Origin: Azolla caroliniana
Lineage: Eukaryota > Plantae > Polypodiophyta
Length of the DNA: 64,000 bases
Reading direction: 5' to 3'
Assembly: GCA_043228905.1 (NCBI GenBank)
Contig: JBHGNT010000001.1
Coordinates: 17,856,001 to 17,920,000 of the forward strand
Part shown: positions 1-13,657 of the stretch, one piece after another
Position numbering within the stretch: position 1 is the first letter of the stretch
How the letters are laid out: every line of letters starts with the position of its first letter
Made by a program: the position numbers and the translations under genes
Notes under the pieces: generated by a model
What the model saw: only the letters and a program-made list of their open reading frames with translations
What the model was told of the DNA's origin: nothing
Database searches by the model: none

Positions 1-474
1 GTATTACCGCAAACAACTCTTTATGTTGAACCGAATACCGAGATTGAGCAGCATCAAGCTTCTTACTTTCAAAAGCAATAGGGTGACCAACTTGATAAAG
101 AACGACACCAATAGCATAATCACTAGCATCGGTTTCAATTGAGAAAGGCTTAGAAGGGTCCGGTAATAGAAGAGTGGGAGCTTGACACACATGCTCTTTG
201 AATGATTGATGGTTTGTTCTAACAACAAATTTATTTCCATAGAGATAGTGCCTCCATGTTTTAAGTGCATGTATTACCGCAAACAACTCTTTATGTTGAA
301 CTGAATACCGAGATTGAGTAGCACCAAGCTTCTTACTTTCAAAAGCAATAGGGTGACTGACTTGATAAAGAACGACACCAATAGCATAATCATTAGCATC
401 GGTTTCAATTGAGAAAGGCTTAGAAGGGTCCGGTAATAGAAGAGTGGGAGCTTGACACACATGCTCTTTGAATG
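1..474. repeat. Direct duplication with 270-bp period inside RNase H
   Basis: 1-204 is repeated at 271-474 with a few substitutions. Confidence 0.92.
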
Positions 475-2040
475 TCTCAAATGATTTGTCAAGTTGTTCA
501 TTCGATGCAATTGGTTTGACAAACTTATGTGGATGGCCTTTTAAAAGGTCAGTTAATGGCATAGTCAATTTGGAATAGTTACGAATTGATTTTTGTAAAA
601 ATCCAACAAACCCTAAGAATGATCTCACTTCATGAATATTACGAGGAATGGGCCAAAGTTTAACCTTTTCAATACGAGAAGGTTCAATTTCAACACCATT
701 TTCCGTAATTAAATGACCTAGGTACACAATAGATTTTTGGAAAAAATCACATTTTGAATGTTTTGCATAGAAAGAGTTGTCACACAACTTTTGCAAAACA
801 AATCGAACATGTTGAACATGATCTTGCAAGGTACGGCTATATATCAAAATATCATCCAAGAAGACGACAACAAAATCACCGAGTTGATCTCTAAAAACGT
901 CATTGATCGCTTGTTGGAATGTGGCTGGAGCATTAGTCAGCCTGAAAGGCATGACTAAAAACTCATAATGGCCATAGTGCGTACGAAAACCGGTTTTAGG
1001 AATATCATCCTCGGCAATGCAAATCTAATGATAACCTGTCAGTAAGTCAATTTTCGTAAAATATCGGACTCCATGCAAACGATCAATCAAATCATCAGCA
1101 CGAGGTAACGGATATGCATTTTTAATTGTCATTTTATTCAAACGGCGATAATTGATACACATTCTACATGAACCTTCCTTCTTCTTAACTAATAGAATTG
1201 GCGCACCCCAAGGTAATTTACTATACCTAATGTGGCCCATACTCAAGTATTCCTTAAGTTTTTTAGCAATCTCATCGTCTTCTAATCGACTAAGTCGGTA
1301 AGGTGGAATGCGCACAGGAGCAGCACTAGGAATGAGTTCAATTTGATGGTCCATATTACGTTTTGGTGGTAAAGTAAGCAGCAATCCGTTAGGAAACACG
1401 TCTTGAAAATCATCTAAAAAGGAGTCGAGTAATCATTTTTCATAATGTGGTAATTGTGTGGCGTGAATATTAAAATAATAAAATTGAAGCGCAGGATCAA
1501 TTACACACGAATAAATTAATGAACTTGAATACTCACTTAAAGATTTAGAAGACACAAGTGAACGAGAAGGAAGTTTGGAACATTGAATAAAATGTTTACA
1601 ATTATTAAGTTCAAATGTGATTGAGTGATTAACCCAATCAATGGACAAAGAAGGGTTTTATTAAAAAACCAAGGGTATCCTACAATGACATCTGCGGATT
1701 GTAGTTTCATAACATGAAAGTCAAGGTTCTCCAAATAAGTATCTATTTGAATTGACAGTTGACAAACAATGCCACTGATGTATTGAACACTTCCATTTGC
1801 CATGTGAACTTGATAGATATGATCACCTGCGTTTCTGTGGAGTTCCATTTGCTGCACAAAGTGATCATTAAGAAAATAGTGAGAACTACCGGAATCAAAC
1901 TAGAAATGTGCTTGTATTCCATTGATATACCCGACTGCTCAGAGTAAATCATTAGGTCCAAGTAAATATGAAGGAAAAGTGCATTCACATGAACTTAAGT
2001 GGTTGGTATGAACTTCAACAACATCAAAAGACTCACCTGT
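1..2040 (-). pseudogene. pol: Decayed Ty3/gypsy (chromovirus-type) pol: protease, RT, RNase H; runs off window start
   Basis: RT peptide PPYRLS...[11 protein letters not shown]...[16 protein letters not shown]...KIDL (1025-1399). Protease-like FDSGSSH near 1880-1900. RNase H ETDA.DYAIG...ELFAVIHALKTWRHYL read by hand at 1-480. Stops and frameshifts present. Confidence 0.9.
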
Positions 2041-3543
2041 GTGACTCGTAGATTTGTCAACATACGAGCTTATCGACTTCCTATCCCGCCTCCAGGTTGC
2101 GGTCACGACACGAATAGCTCAGGTTCATGACGAACAACAAATGATCCAGCGGGCATTAACCAACGAACTCGAATAAGACGAGGAGTCGTAGCTATAGAAG
2201 ATCGACCGCAAACGCATAACCAAAACCCATTGTTCTCAGATCAAGTTACCGGACATTCAACACGACCTTGGTTGAGGTTTACCGTGAATTGGAGAAAGCA
2301 ACCTGCACAACCAAAGACATGGTTGTCAGCAGCAAAAAGGCGTGCAAGTAAGCGAAAACGGCCACGGAGTTATGGTAGGCCTCGGAAAGCCGCCTAATTG
2401 AGCTTCAACAACGTTCCACGAAAGAGGCAAACACGACCTCCTCACCAGACCACCCCCGATGTCCAACCCCATCGATGCATCCACACAAACCGACGAGCCC
2501 ATCGACTTGGTTATGACAGAAGGCCAAACCACAACTATGAAGAGGATCTCGCGGTCCAAACGATGATTACTGATAAAGCCAAGGAGCGTTACGAAACGGC
2601 TAAAGCCGAAGCCGCGCATCTCAAGGAACAAGCTGCAAAATATGAAGACGACCTCCAACAGTCGCTTGACGCCCGAATGGCCCAGCTCCAGACAACAGAA
2701 AAGAACGTCGCCGCGACTCTCAAAGCCGCGCGGGACCTTACAGTAGCAAAATTAGCGGAAGAGGAAGAACATCAACGAGCATCTCGCCAACACTCCAAGG
2801 AAAATGACTCCTTGAAAAGATAACTTTCAGAACTCTAGGTCCGCTCAAGTCGGTTCCTTCACTAGTTAGATGAAACCGAACAATGACGAGTGGCCTTGGA
2901 GGAATCCCTTCACCAACTGCAAATCTCCAGGAATCTCGAACTTGAACGACAACAACACCATCATATGTAGGAGTTAGCCAATAATTCGGATCAACTTCTC
3001 CGACTCTAGGACATGCACACACAACAACTGGAGGCCCAACTCGCTAATGGCGTAGCATCGTGTGCGATCCTCAAGACCAAGTTCGAATAAGACGCGACGA
3101 AAGCACAAGTCGACTTCAACATCCTCCGAGCTAAATATGAAATGGGCGAAGATTGAATCAAAGCCATAGGGGTGGCAAGAATGGCCAACACAGGCAACCG
3201 AATTATAGGTTTTTCGAGCCGACGTTGAAAATCAAAAGAAAGAAGGATGAAAATAGCATCCAAATCCTCCGTGAAGACCTTACTGAGGAATTCCAAGCCT
3301 TGACACAAACACACACCACAACAATCAGACACCTCCTTGAGGAATTCATAGATGATCAGACGTTGTTGACACTAAACACAAAAGCCTATGAACGTGAGTG
3401 GTTCCTCGTAGAAATGCAAGCAGAAGCCGCCGCACTAGCATCAACGGCCAATATAATCAAGGAAGCTCAAGAGGCACCAAAAGAAGAAGAGGAACCACGA
3501 CTGAGAAGAGAAACCAAGCAAGTGGATGCACTAATAACCGAAT
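2041..3543 (+). pseudogene. Decayed E/K/A/Q-rich coiled-coil ORF, probably the 3' extra ORF of a gypsy element; resumes at 9307-9455 after the copia insertion
   Basis: ORF pieces 2398-2823 and 3153-3543. Followed after 9455 by a motif shared with 50745, a purine tract and a TG-start LTR-like sequence. Confidence 0.5.
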
Positions 3544-4159
3544 TGTTAGGAAACAGGTCCCTCCGGATGGGAAGTGAAAAGAACAGTACTGATGAGGCCG
3601 AGACCGAAACCGGATGTGGAGTACCCGGCTACGGAAGACCCGGTGAGAACCGGATGACGAGTACCTGGCAAGAGCTGGATGGTGAAGGCCCGGTGTGAAG
3701 TGATCACCAGATGAAGGGACATATTCGTAAATATGTTTTTTGAGAGTCCATCGGGGCTATATTTGTAAATAGTCGAAAAGTAATATTAGTATAAATATGA
3801 CTTAGGGCAAACTTAGATGGAGTTGTTGTCATTCTTGTTGGTGTAAGATTAGAGCGCGTAACAGTGTACAAAGAGAGTGAGAGAGAGGAAGAGGTCGTTG
3901 CCTCTGTTGTAACCGCCGCCTGTGACGAAGACAGCAAGCTCGAGGTCGTGGCCTCGGTGCTTTCCTATTGTACATTCTGACATAGTGATAGTTTGCGGTC
4001 TGCGGGCTGCCGTGGTTTTTCCCGAGTTTGGGTTTTCCACGTAAACATCCTGTGTACTCTTCTCTCCATTGTGTTGTGCTTTCATTCCCTGTTTTCTGTG
4101 TTTTATTCTAGGCTCGGTTGTGGCCGAGCGTTATTCATCGGAGCGTGTAGTTCCTATCA
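3544..4159 (+). repeat. 5' LTR of Copia-1 (616 bp)
   Basis: Matches 8646-9301 apart from substitutions and one 40-bp unit. Confidence 0.93.
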
Positions 4160-5398
4160 AGTGGTATCATAGCGAGACGACACAAAAAATAGACGATTCG
4201 TTGGGAGGCATGTTCAAGCTAACCGACTCCAACTATTCGGTGTGGAAGTCGAAGATGAGGGACATGCTCGTGGTTAAAGATCTTTGGTTGCCGGTTCAGT
4301 TCGGGGACAAGAGACCAGACAAAATTGACGCCACGATATGGGAGGTGATGCACATGAAGACAACGGCGTACATACGGTGCTTCATCAACATGAGTCTATA
4401 CAAGAACATCAATGAAGAGAGCAAGGCTCATGAGCTCTGGGAGAAGATAGACATTATATTTCAAAACAAAAATGTTGTTAACCAGGTTTCGGTATTCCGG
4501 AAGCTAGTAAGACTCTGGTACCAAGATGGCTCCAGCATGGAGGAGCATATTAATGCCTTCCAGGGGCTGATACACTAGGCAACATCATTGGAAGTACCTC
4601 TTGCCGATGAGGTACAAGCAATACTCCTGCTCGGTTCCCTCCCAGATAGCTGGGAGATGTTGGTTGTCACCTTGGGCAATGCCGGGCCGGAAGGGAAATG
4701 GTTGTCCCTAGCAAGAGTGAAGTCGAGCTTGCTAGATGAGGAGGCGCGTCGGAAAGACAAGGATACGAGCTCCGACTCCAAAGCGCTCATTACCGAATCA
4801 GAACGCGGAAGACAAAGGAACCGTAGTCCCCAGAACCGGGAGAAGTTGGGGACACGGTCAAGGTCAAGGGGGAGGCCTACCCGCTTCTATTGCGGCAAGC
4901 CGGGACACTTTGAGAAGAACTGTCGGCACTTCCAAAAAGACAAGGAAACCGACGGTACCGATTCGAAGCGGACACCGGACCGGAACGGTAAAGACCGGAG
5001 GGGAACGAACTGGAAGGGAACAACGGCAATCGCGGCAAGTGAAGAAGAGTTGATGCTCATCACCGAGAAGAGTGAGATAAACCTTGTCGGCGACGAGAGG
5101 ACCTGGGTAGTCGACTCCGGAGCGTCGTTCCACCTTACCCCTGACCGGAAATGCTTCGCATCCTACTCAGCCGGTGATCACGGTTGTGTCCGGATGGGGA
5201 ATGAAGGTACATGCTGAATTGTCGGCATAGGAGACATGTGGTTGACAACACCAACCGGATGCAAGATGTTGCTGAAGGATGTCCGACACGTTCCGGAGGT
5301 TCGTCTGAACCTGATATCAGCCGGTTGGCTAGATGATGAAGGCTACACGGGTAGCATCCGGAATGGTGCTATGAAGTTCAGCAAAGGGAGCCTGATTG

Positions 5399-5819
5399 AT
5401 CCTGCCCCCATTACACAAGCCTTACGAGGGTTTTTATAGGTTTATCTATCCTTCTAACATGCACAAAACCATGGGCTTGAACCCATGGTTTTCGGGCACA
5501 CGGTTTTCCTTGTGGCATGCACAAAACCATAGGCTAAAACAATGGTTTTGTGTACACGGTTTTGTATGTTTGTTTCCTATGGAATACTAAATATGAGAAG
5601 GAAATATACAAAATCTAAAGCACTTAGTAGTAGCTTTAGTGGTAAGATAATTGCGTCCTATCTTAGAAGTGCAAGGTTCAAATCTTGCTTGCACCCTTCT
5701 ATATGCACTTGAATGTCATAAGACCCTAGCCTAATTTTCATATTTATAATCATGTGTATAATGTGTGTGGAGCCACACTACTTCACAATTTCTCCCATTG
5801 GACACAGAACATCACGACA
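5399..5819 (-). mobile_element. Truncated LTR of the Trp-primed gypsy family inserted in Copia-1
   Basis: Interrupts the KGSLI...LYLMNAR segment. Ends in CACGACA. Colinear with the LTR at 17430-17870 (ACAAAACCATGGG..AACCATGGTTTT repeats and tRNA-like block). Confidence 0.82.
5631..5697 (+). promoter_or_regulatory. tRNA-like A-box/B-box module in LTR fragment
   Basis: TAGCTTTAGTGGTAAG ... CAAGGTTCAAATCTTG. Confidence 0.6.
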
Positions 5820-8645
5820 ATGTTGTACCTGATGAATGCCCGGTTATGTCTGGAGGAAGTGAACGTGGCATCCGACACCGCCGGTGAGCTGTGGCACAAG
5901 AGGCTATGTCACATGAGCGAGAAGGGAATGAAGAGGCTTGTAGACGACAACCTCATTCCAGTGAAGAACGTGCACTTGGAGAAGTGCACTGATTGTCTGG
6001 CCAGTAAACAAAACCGGACCTCCTTCCGATCGAGGCCACCGATGAGATGTAATGCACCACTGGAGTTGGTGCATACTGATGTATGTCAAGTGGACATGAA
6101 GTCACATGCCAGATCGCAGTACTTCGTGACGTTCATAGATGACCACAGCCGGAAGCTGTGGGCCACACCGTTGAAGACGAAGGATCAAGTGTTATCCGTC
6201 TTCAAAGAGCTCCACACGAGAGTGGAAAGAGAAACCGGCCGGAAGCTGAAGGTGGTTCGAGCAGATAACGGAGGTGAATACCGGGGGTAGTTCGAGGAGT
6301 ATTGTCGCTCGAAAGGAATCCGGCATGAATTTACCGTGCCGAAGACGCCGGAACTAAACAGGCTGGCCGACAGGATGAACCAGACCATAATGGAGAGAAT
6401 CTGGAGTATGCTGGCGCATGCAAAACTACCCAAGAAGTTTTGGGCTCAGGCACTGTCGACGGTTTGACATATGTGATAAACAGATCACCCTCTGTACCCT
6501 TGGATGGAGACACGCCACAGAGAGTTTGGACCGGTAAGGCAGTGTCCTACTAGCATCTCAAGGTATTCGGGTGTCTTGTGTATGTGCATGTAGCTAAGGA
6601 CCGGAGAGGAAAACTAGATCCGAAGACCCGGCCATGCATATTCCTCGGTTACGGCGACGATGAGTTCGGCTACCGAGTGTGGGAACTGGTCGACAAGAAG
6701 GTATTCCGGAGTCGAGATATTATCTACATGGAGGACAAGACGCTCGTCGACTGGGAGTCGGAGAAGAAGATAATGAACTCTGAGTCGACCGGTAAGGATC
6801 GATTCTACGATGAGCAGACCTAACCGGCAAGAGACCGGTTAGCACTCGAGGAACCTGCCGGTTACGGTGAGGATACCGAACCGGCAGAAGAGGAAGTAGA
6901 GGAAACTAAAACCGGAACCGGCCAAGACCCCGAATCGGATTCAGATGAAGAGCAAGTGGAGGAGCCGGTTACCGAAACCCAAAGACAGAGATATCCTCTC
7001 AGAGAGAGAAGGGCCCCCCGGAGATTTCCGGATGCAGAGCATGTGCTGCTAACTGATGAGGGGGAGCCAGAGAGCTTCGAAGAAGCGAAGGATGACACCC
7101 ACAACCGCAAATGGTTAAGTTCCATGCAGTATGAGATGGATTCCCTGCATGAGAACCATACGTATGAATTGGTGGAGTTGCCAAAAGGAAAGCGGGCACT
7201 CCGAAACAAGTGGGTGTACAAGTTGAAACCGGGAGATGACGGCAACGCCCTGAGATACAAAGCCAGGATTGTGGTGAAGGGCTTCCAGCAGAAGAAGGGC
7301 GTGGACTTCGACGAGATATTTGCCCCGGTAGTAAAGATGACCTCCATCCAGATGGTGCTGAGTATAGCGGCAAGCATGGACCTCGAGGTAGAGCAGCTAG
7401 ACGTGAAGACGACATTCCTTCACGGTGACCTCGAAGAGGAGATCTACATGCAGCAACCGGAAGGATTCATGGAGAAAGGGAAGGAGCACCTAGTTTTCCG
7501 ATTGAAGAAGAGCCTATACGGACTGAAGCAAGCTCCCCGACAATGGTACCGGAAGTTCGACTCCTTCATGACCGATCAAGGGTACCACAAGACGCAGGCC
7601 GATCACTACGTGTTTGTGAAGAAGTTCGAAGGAGGTGACTTCCTGATACTCCTTCTGTACGTGGATGACATGTTGATTGTCGGACAGGACCAAGCCAGAA
7701 TACGGATGTTGAAGAAGGCTCTCAACCGAACCTTCGCAATGAAAGACTTGGATCCAGTAAGACAGATGTTGGGGATGCATATCATCCGGAACCGGCCAAT
7801 GAAGCATTTGTGGCTGTCACAGGAGAAATACGTGACAAAGGTGCTTGAGCAGTTCAACATGTCAGATGCAAAACCGGTTGGATCGACACTTCCGGCAAAT
7901 TGCAGGTTATCCAGTAAGCAAAGCCCGAAGACGAAAGCAGAGAAGGCTGATACGATGAAGGTTCCATATGTCTCTACCGTCGGGAGCTTAATGTACGCAA
8001 TGGTTTGTACCCGACCGGATATAGGATACGCAGTCGGAGTGGCGAGCCGGTTTATGAGCAATCCCGGCAAGGAGCACTGGAACGCGGTCAAATGGATACT
8101 CCGGTACTTGAAGGGCACTTCAAATATGTGTCTCTGATTCGGCCCTGGAAAACCTCAACTTGACGGTTTTACCGATTCAGACATGTCGACTGATGTGGAT
8201 ACCAGCCGGTCTACATCCGGGTATGTAATGACATATGTAGGGGGAGCTGTTTCGTGGCACTCCAGGCTGGAGAAGACGGTTGCATTGTCAACCACGGAGG
8301 CGGAGTACATGGCGGTTGTGGAAGCCGGCAAGGAAATATTATGGATGAAGGACTTCATCGGACAGCTCGGTATCTGACAAGATGAATACCGGCTCTATTG
8401 CGATAGTCAAAGTGTCATCCACCTTGCTAAGAATACAGCCTACCATTCTCGGACGAAGCATATCCAGCGAAGGTATCACTGGATCTGGGAAAGAGTAGAT
8501 GACCAGGAGTTCGCGCTGACGAATATCCACACGACCGAGAACGGGTCAGATATGTTGACCAAAGTACTGATACCCAACAAGCTGGATGCATGCCGGAAGC
8601 GGATCGGACTAGTAAGACATCCCATGCCGGAGTGAAGGGGGAGTT

Positions 8646-9301
8646 TGTTCGGAAACAGGTCCCTCCGGATGGGAAGTGAAAAGAACAGTACTGATGAGGC
8701 CGAGACCGAAACCGGATATGGAGTACCCGACTACAGAAGACCCGGTGAGAACCGGATGCCGAGTACCCAGCTACGGAAGACCCGGTGAGAACCGGATGAT
8801 GAGTACCCGGCAAGAGCTGGGTGGTGAAGGCCCGGTGTGAAGTGATCACCGAATGAAGGGACATATTCGTAAATATGTTTTTTGAGAGTCCGTCGGGGCT
8901 ATATTTGTAAATAGTCGAAAAGTCATATTAGTATAAATATGACTTAGGGCAAACTTAGAAGGAGTTGTTGTCATTATTGTTGGTGTAAGATTAGAGCGCG
9001 TAACAGTGTACAAAGAGAGTGAGAGAGAGGAAGAGGTCGTTGCCTCTGTTGTAACTGCCGCCTGTGGCGAAGATAGCAAGCTCGAGGTCGTGGCCTCGGT
9101 GCTTTCCTATTGTACATTCTGACATAGTGATAGTTTGCGGTCTGCGGGCTGCCGTGGTTTTTCCCGAGTTTGGGTTTTCCACGTAAACATCCTGTGTACT
9201 CTTCTCTCCATTGTGTTGTGCTTTCATTCCCTGTTTTCTGTGTTTTATTCTAGGCTTGGTTGTGGCTGAGCGTTGTTCATCGGAGCGTGTAGTTCCTGTC
9301 A
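8646..9301 (+). repeat. 3' LTR of Copia-1 (656 bp)
   Basis: Follows the PPT; ends TGTCA then the TSD. Confidence 0.93.
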
Positions 9302-9597
9302 CGAATCACATCCGGAGGGCACAATTCTAGAATCCACAAAGGAGACTCAAGACCAACAGCTGGATATATCAGTCGAGGCACACGCCAACGAGGTCACAGA
9401 AGAAGAGCCACGTCCAACACTGACACAACCACACCTCACCATTTTGAAAGAATAATGAATATAACATAGCATGTTTTGTTTTCGATTTTTTTTTCGCCTT
9501 TTAGGTTTGACGTGCAAAAGCCTTTGTCCCACGGGCGTGGCATGTGTTGTTCGTGCAACAAAGAGGCAGTAACTGTGAATCGAATCTACCAAGTACG

Positions 9598-10066
9598 TGT
9601 CGTGACTTGAGAATAGGACAGAGAAAGATAAGATGACAATAGAAGGTAGAGAGAGAGAGAGAGAGAGAGAGAACACTAGAAATGGAAAGAGAGTTTATAT
9701 TATAAGAGAGCACGGATTACAAAGAGTAGGCTAAGGGGCTACAAACTGGTGTTGAACCGAATGAGTTGTGGTTAATGAATAGACACCTATTTATAGGTCC
9801 CTATGGAGTATTCTAGAATGTTCTAGAATATTTTAGATATTTATGATATTTAATATAATCATGGAATATCCTAGAATATTCTGCAATACTCTAGAATGTT
9901 CTGGAATATTCTAGAATGTAATAATCTAAATATCTTGTAATACTAATAATACATTTATTATAACTGTACATCATATATGTTATTATAGTGGTTAAAGGTC
10001 TAACATATAGACCAAGACATCTGGGGCTCGAATCCTTGTAAGGCCAAAATGTATGTTTTCATGACA
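9598..10066 (-). mobile_element. Solo LTR of chromovirus (Tcn1-like) family
   Basis: TGTCGTGA...TCATGACA termini. TSD GTACG/GTACA. Near-identical to the LTR at 10213-10637. Confidence 0.9.
9978..10045 (+). promoter_or_regulatory. tRNA-like module in chromovirus LTR (second copy 10549-10616)
   Basis: TAGTGGTTA, hairpin GGTCTA-N5-TAGACC, GGGGCTCGAATCCTT. Confidence 0.5.
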
Positions 10067-10212
10067 GTACATAAGGTGGGAGGAAAAGAACCGGCTAAGA
10101 ATGAAGAAGGTAAACGAAATATACATAGTCGAAATTGCTAGATTTTCTTGAATAAGGTTAAGATAAGAAGAAGAAGTTGGAGAAGAAGAAAACAGAGGCA
10201 TTCAGTTCAAAC

Positions 10213-12561
10213 TGTCCCCACTTGAGAATAGGAGAGAGAAAAATAAGATGACAATAGAAGGTAGAGAGAGAGAGACAACACTAGAAATGGAAAGAGAGTT
10301 TATATTATAAGAGAGCAAGGATTACAAAGAGTAGGATAAGGGGCTACAAACTGGTGTTGAACCGAATGCGCTGTGATTAATGAATAGACACCTATTTATA
10401 GGTCCTTATGGAGTATTCTAGAATGTTCTAGAATATTTATGATATTTATGATATTTAATATAATCATGGAATATCCTAGAATGTTCTAAAATAATCTAAA
10501 TATCTTGTAATAACTAATAATACATTTATTATAACTATACATCATATATGTTATTGTAGTGGTTAAAGGTCTAACATATAGACCAAGACGTCTTGGGCTT
10601 GAATCCTTGTAAGACCAAAATGTATGTCTTCATGACATTATCCCCCCTTTTCAACGACGAGTTCCACGAGTCGGAAGACAAGATTTCAGACTTGGTTTAT
10701 GGGGATATTTGTTGTGAAACGCAGAAACCATTTCAGAGGGAATAGCAAGATTCGCGAGAGGTTCCCATGTTCGATCATTAGGTGTATAACCTAACCAGTC
10801 AACCAAATAATACAGTTTGTTGTGAACGATCTTGGAGTCGAGAATGGCAGCAACTTCATATTCGGAGCCATCCGAAACTTCGATTGGAGGTGGGGGAGAT
10901 GTACGACGGCTTGGAATAGAGCTGGTTGTGTACAGCTCCAAAAGTGAAACAGGGAAGACCGGGTGAAGATGCATATGAGGGGGAAGATCAAGGCGAAATG
11001 CCACATCATTGATCTTACCAGATATCACATATGGGCCAAAACATTGATAATCCAACTTGCAGCAAGGTCGGGTTGTTTTAATGCGACCTTGTAAAAGCCA
11101 TACTCGATCTCCCACTTGAAACGTAGTCGATGAATCACGTCGATGATGGTCGACAACCTTCTTTTGAGTGTTTTGAGCATCACACAAATGGTGCAAAAGG
11201 ATATCTTGAACTTCTTGGAGTTGGGTGAGCTGATCTTCACTAGTCAGGTTTGTCGGGAGTTCGGGAGTTCGGGATGCTCAAGCATAGTCCAACGAGGATG
11301 GTACCCAATGTTTGCAAAAAATGGGGAATATCCAGTTGAAGAATGTTCTGAGTTGTTGTAAGCAAATTCTGCCAAATGTAATAGATCAACCCAATCATCT
11401 TGTTGATAGTTGACAAAACAACGAAGATATTGTTCTACTGTTTGGTTGATGTGCTCACTCTGTCCATTAGTTTCTGGATGGGAGCCGGAAGAGAGTTTGC
11501 AAGAAGTATGTAAGAGTTTGAACATGTGTCGGCAAAATTTTGAGATGAATTGGGGACCCTGATCACTGATAATATCATCAGGAAGACCATGATGCCAAAA
11601 CACCTCTCACATGATTAACTTCGTTGTCTCTTGGCTCGTAATGGCCTTTGTGCAGGGAGGAAAATGTGTCATCGTGGTAAAACGATCTACTACTGTGAGA
11701 ATAGAATCAAAAGCCTTGGAAGGTGGTAGATCCATAATAAAGTCCAATGAAATAGATTTTCATGGACTCTCAGGAATAGGCATTGGCTGTAATAAGCCAT
11801 ATGGATGATGTCGAGGTTTTTTGGATCGACAACTTGTATCACAACTACGAACATAATCCGTAACAAAATGGCTAAGTCGTAGCCACCAATACCTTCGAGA
11901 AATTAACGCCAAAGTCTTGTGGATGCCGAAATGTCTAGCCATTGGTGTGTCATGACATTGTTGCAAGACTTGGAGTCGAGAAGGACCATCAGGCACATAT
12001 AAGAGATTTTGTCAAAAAAGTAAACCATCATGCCAATTGAACTGGTTGTAGTCTTGATAAGGATTTTGAGATTGTGAACAAGAAGCAGGATCTAGGATAA
12101 TATGGTTCAGAATATCTTGGGTGAATTCACCAGTCTCAATATGCTCCTGAATGGAGTCCAGAAGACTTGAATCCCCGGGTGTGTCTACAACATGAAATGC
12201 CATTAGTCATAGATGGTTAGGACCCAAGAGGATTTGCTTCTGACTTTCAAATGCGGCCTCTCCTAGTTGAAGTTCCATATACGAACGCCGAGATAAAGCA
12301 TCTGCTTTTCCTTGTTGCGTCCTAGGGCGATATAGAATTACGAAATCCAAACGAGTTAAGAACTGCGCCCAATGAGCTTGTCGACGACTCAAGACTCGAG
12401 CACTTTGGAAGTACGTTAGATTTTTGTGATCATTATCAACAATGATTTGTTGAGACGAACCATCAAAAAAATGACGCCATTGTTGAAAAGAATCCACAAT
12501 GGCAAGAAGCTCTTTGTTGTGAATCTCATAGTTGATTTCTGCAGCTTCGAATTTCTGTGAA
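10213..12561 (-). mobile_element. 5'-truncated chromovirus: RNase H, integrase, chromodomain, PPT, 3' LTR (10213-10637)
   Basis: Chromodomain YEVAAILDSK...YYLVDWLGY..NDRTWEP. Integrase ISDQGPQFIS and HPETNGQSE. RNase H INYEIHNKELLAIV. PPT 10638-10650. Confidence 0.92.
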
Positions 12562-12854
12562 TGAAGAAGGTAAACGAAATATACGCAGTCGAGATTGGAG
12601 GCCGAAAACGAGAGAAGTAATTGGAGTGTGGCCAAGAAAACGAGAAGCTATAAAAGACGACCCAAAGCAATAGGAAGGGGCACGAGATAAGAGAGGAAAG
12701 TAGGGAGATCCCCTGTTTGAGAGAACACATTGTATGTCTGTTTCTATTAGATAGTGAATAGAAATCTCGGCCGTGTAATCAGTTTATCTTAATCTTATAA
12801 TATACATTTTGTGGGCCTAATCTTTTCGTGTCATCAACTATTCATCTGTACTAT

Positions 12855-13657
12855 TGACGGGAACTCAACGCTCCTTATGCACAAAGCTCGGCCACGACCG
12901 AGATTCTTTTCATACACAGAAAACAGGAAACAAAAACACAAAGGAGAGGAAGATACACAGGAGGTTTACGTGGAAAACCCCAAAGAGGGAAAAACCACGG
13001 CAGCCCACAGGCTGCAAACAGTCACTATGTGAGAATGTATAACAGTGAGTTTACTGAGGCAACGACCTCGTGCTCACAGATCTTCGCCACAGGCGGCGGT
13101 TACAACAGAGGCAACGACCTCTTTCTCTCTCTCTCTCTCTGTACACTATTACGTGCTCTATCTTCTTCTTGCACCAACAAGGAAAAATGACAACAACAGT
13201 TACTAAAAGTTTGCCCTAAGTCATATTTATACTAATATGACTTTTCGGCTATTTACAAATGTAGCCTCGATGGGCTCTCAGAAACATATTTACGAATATG
13301 TCTCTTCATCCGGTTCTCACCGGGTCTGTACCATCCGGCTCTCCGTAGCCGGGTATTCCTCATCCGGTCTTCACCGGGTCTGTATCATCTGGCTCTCTGT
13401 AGCCGGGTACTCCTCATCCGGTTAATACCGGGTCTGCACCATCCGGCTCTCCGTAGCCGGGTACTCCTCTTCCAGTTCTCACCGGGCCTGTATCATCCGG
13501 TTCTCCGTAACCGGGTACTCCTCATCCGGTCTTCACCAGGTCTATATCATCCGGCTCTCCGTAGCCGGGTCCACCTCATACGGATTCGGCCTCGGCCGAG
13601 TTTGTTCGTCGGCACTGTTCTTCTCCCTTCCCATCCAGAGGGACCTGTCTCCCAACA
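12855..13657 (-). mobile_element. Solo copia LTR with expanded ~40-bp tandem array
   Basis: Reverse-complement homolog of the Copia-1 LTR. TSD ACTAT on both sides. About 7 units of CATCCGGCTCTCCGTAGCCGGGTACTCCT... at ~13310-13590. Confidence 0.92.

Larger units (their letters stand above)
4201..8635 (+). pseudogene. gag-pol: Copia gag-pol with stops and an insertion
   Basis: Zinc-knuckle remnant YCGKPGHFEKNC, WVVDSGASFH, integrase VHTDVC and ADNGGEY, RT LLYVDDML, RNase H VALSTTEAEY. Confidence 0.93.
3544..9301 (+). mobile_element. Full-length decayed Ty1/copia element (Copia-1)
   Basis: LTRs 3544-4159 and 8646-9301 (TG..CA). TSD CGAAT on both sides. PBS TGGTATCATAGC at 4162. PPT GAAGGGGGAG. 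Confidence 0.96.

Noticed and set aside
2398-3698. Host coiled-coil gene
   Set aside because: Interrupted by stops, no visible exon structure, and followed by retroelement 3' signals.
9525-9542. Minus-strand tRNA-Arg PBS serving the pol at 1-2040
   Set aside because: That pol is chromovirus-like, and the same motif at 50745 follows a plus-strand integrase and precedes a PPT and a plus-oriented LTR. Not fully excluded.
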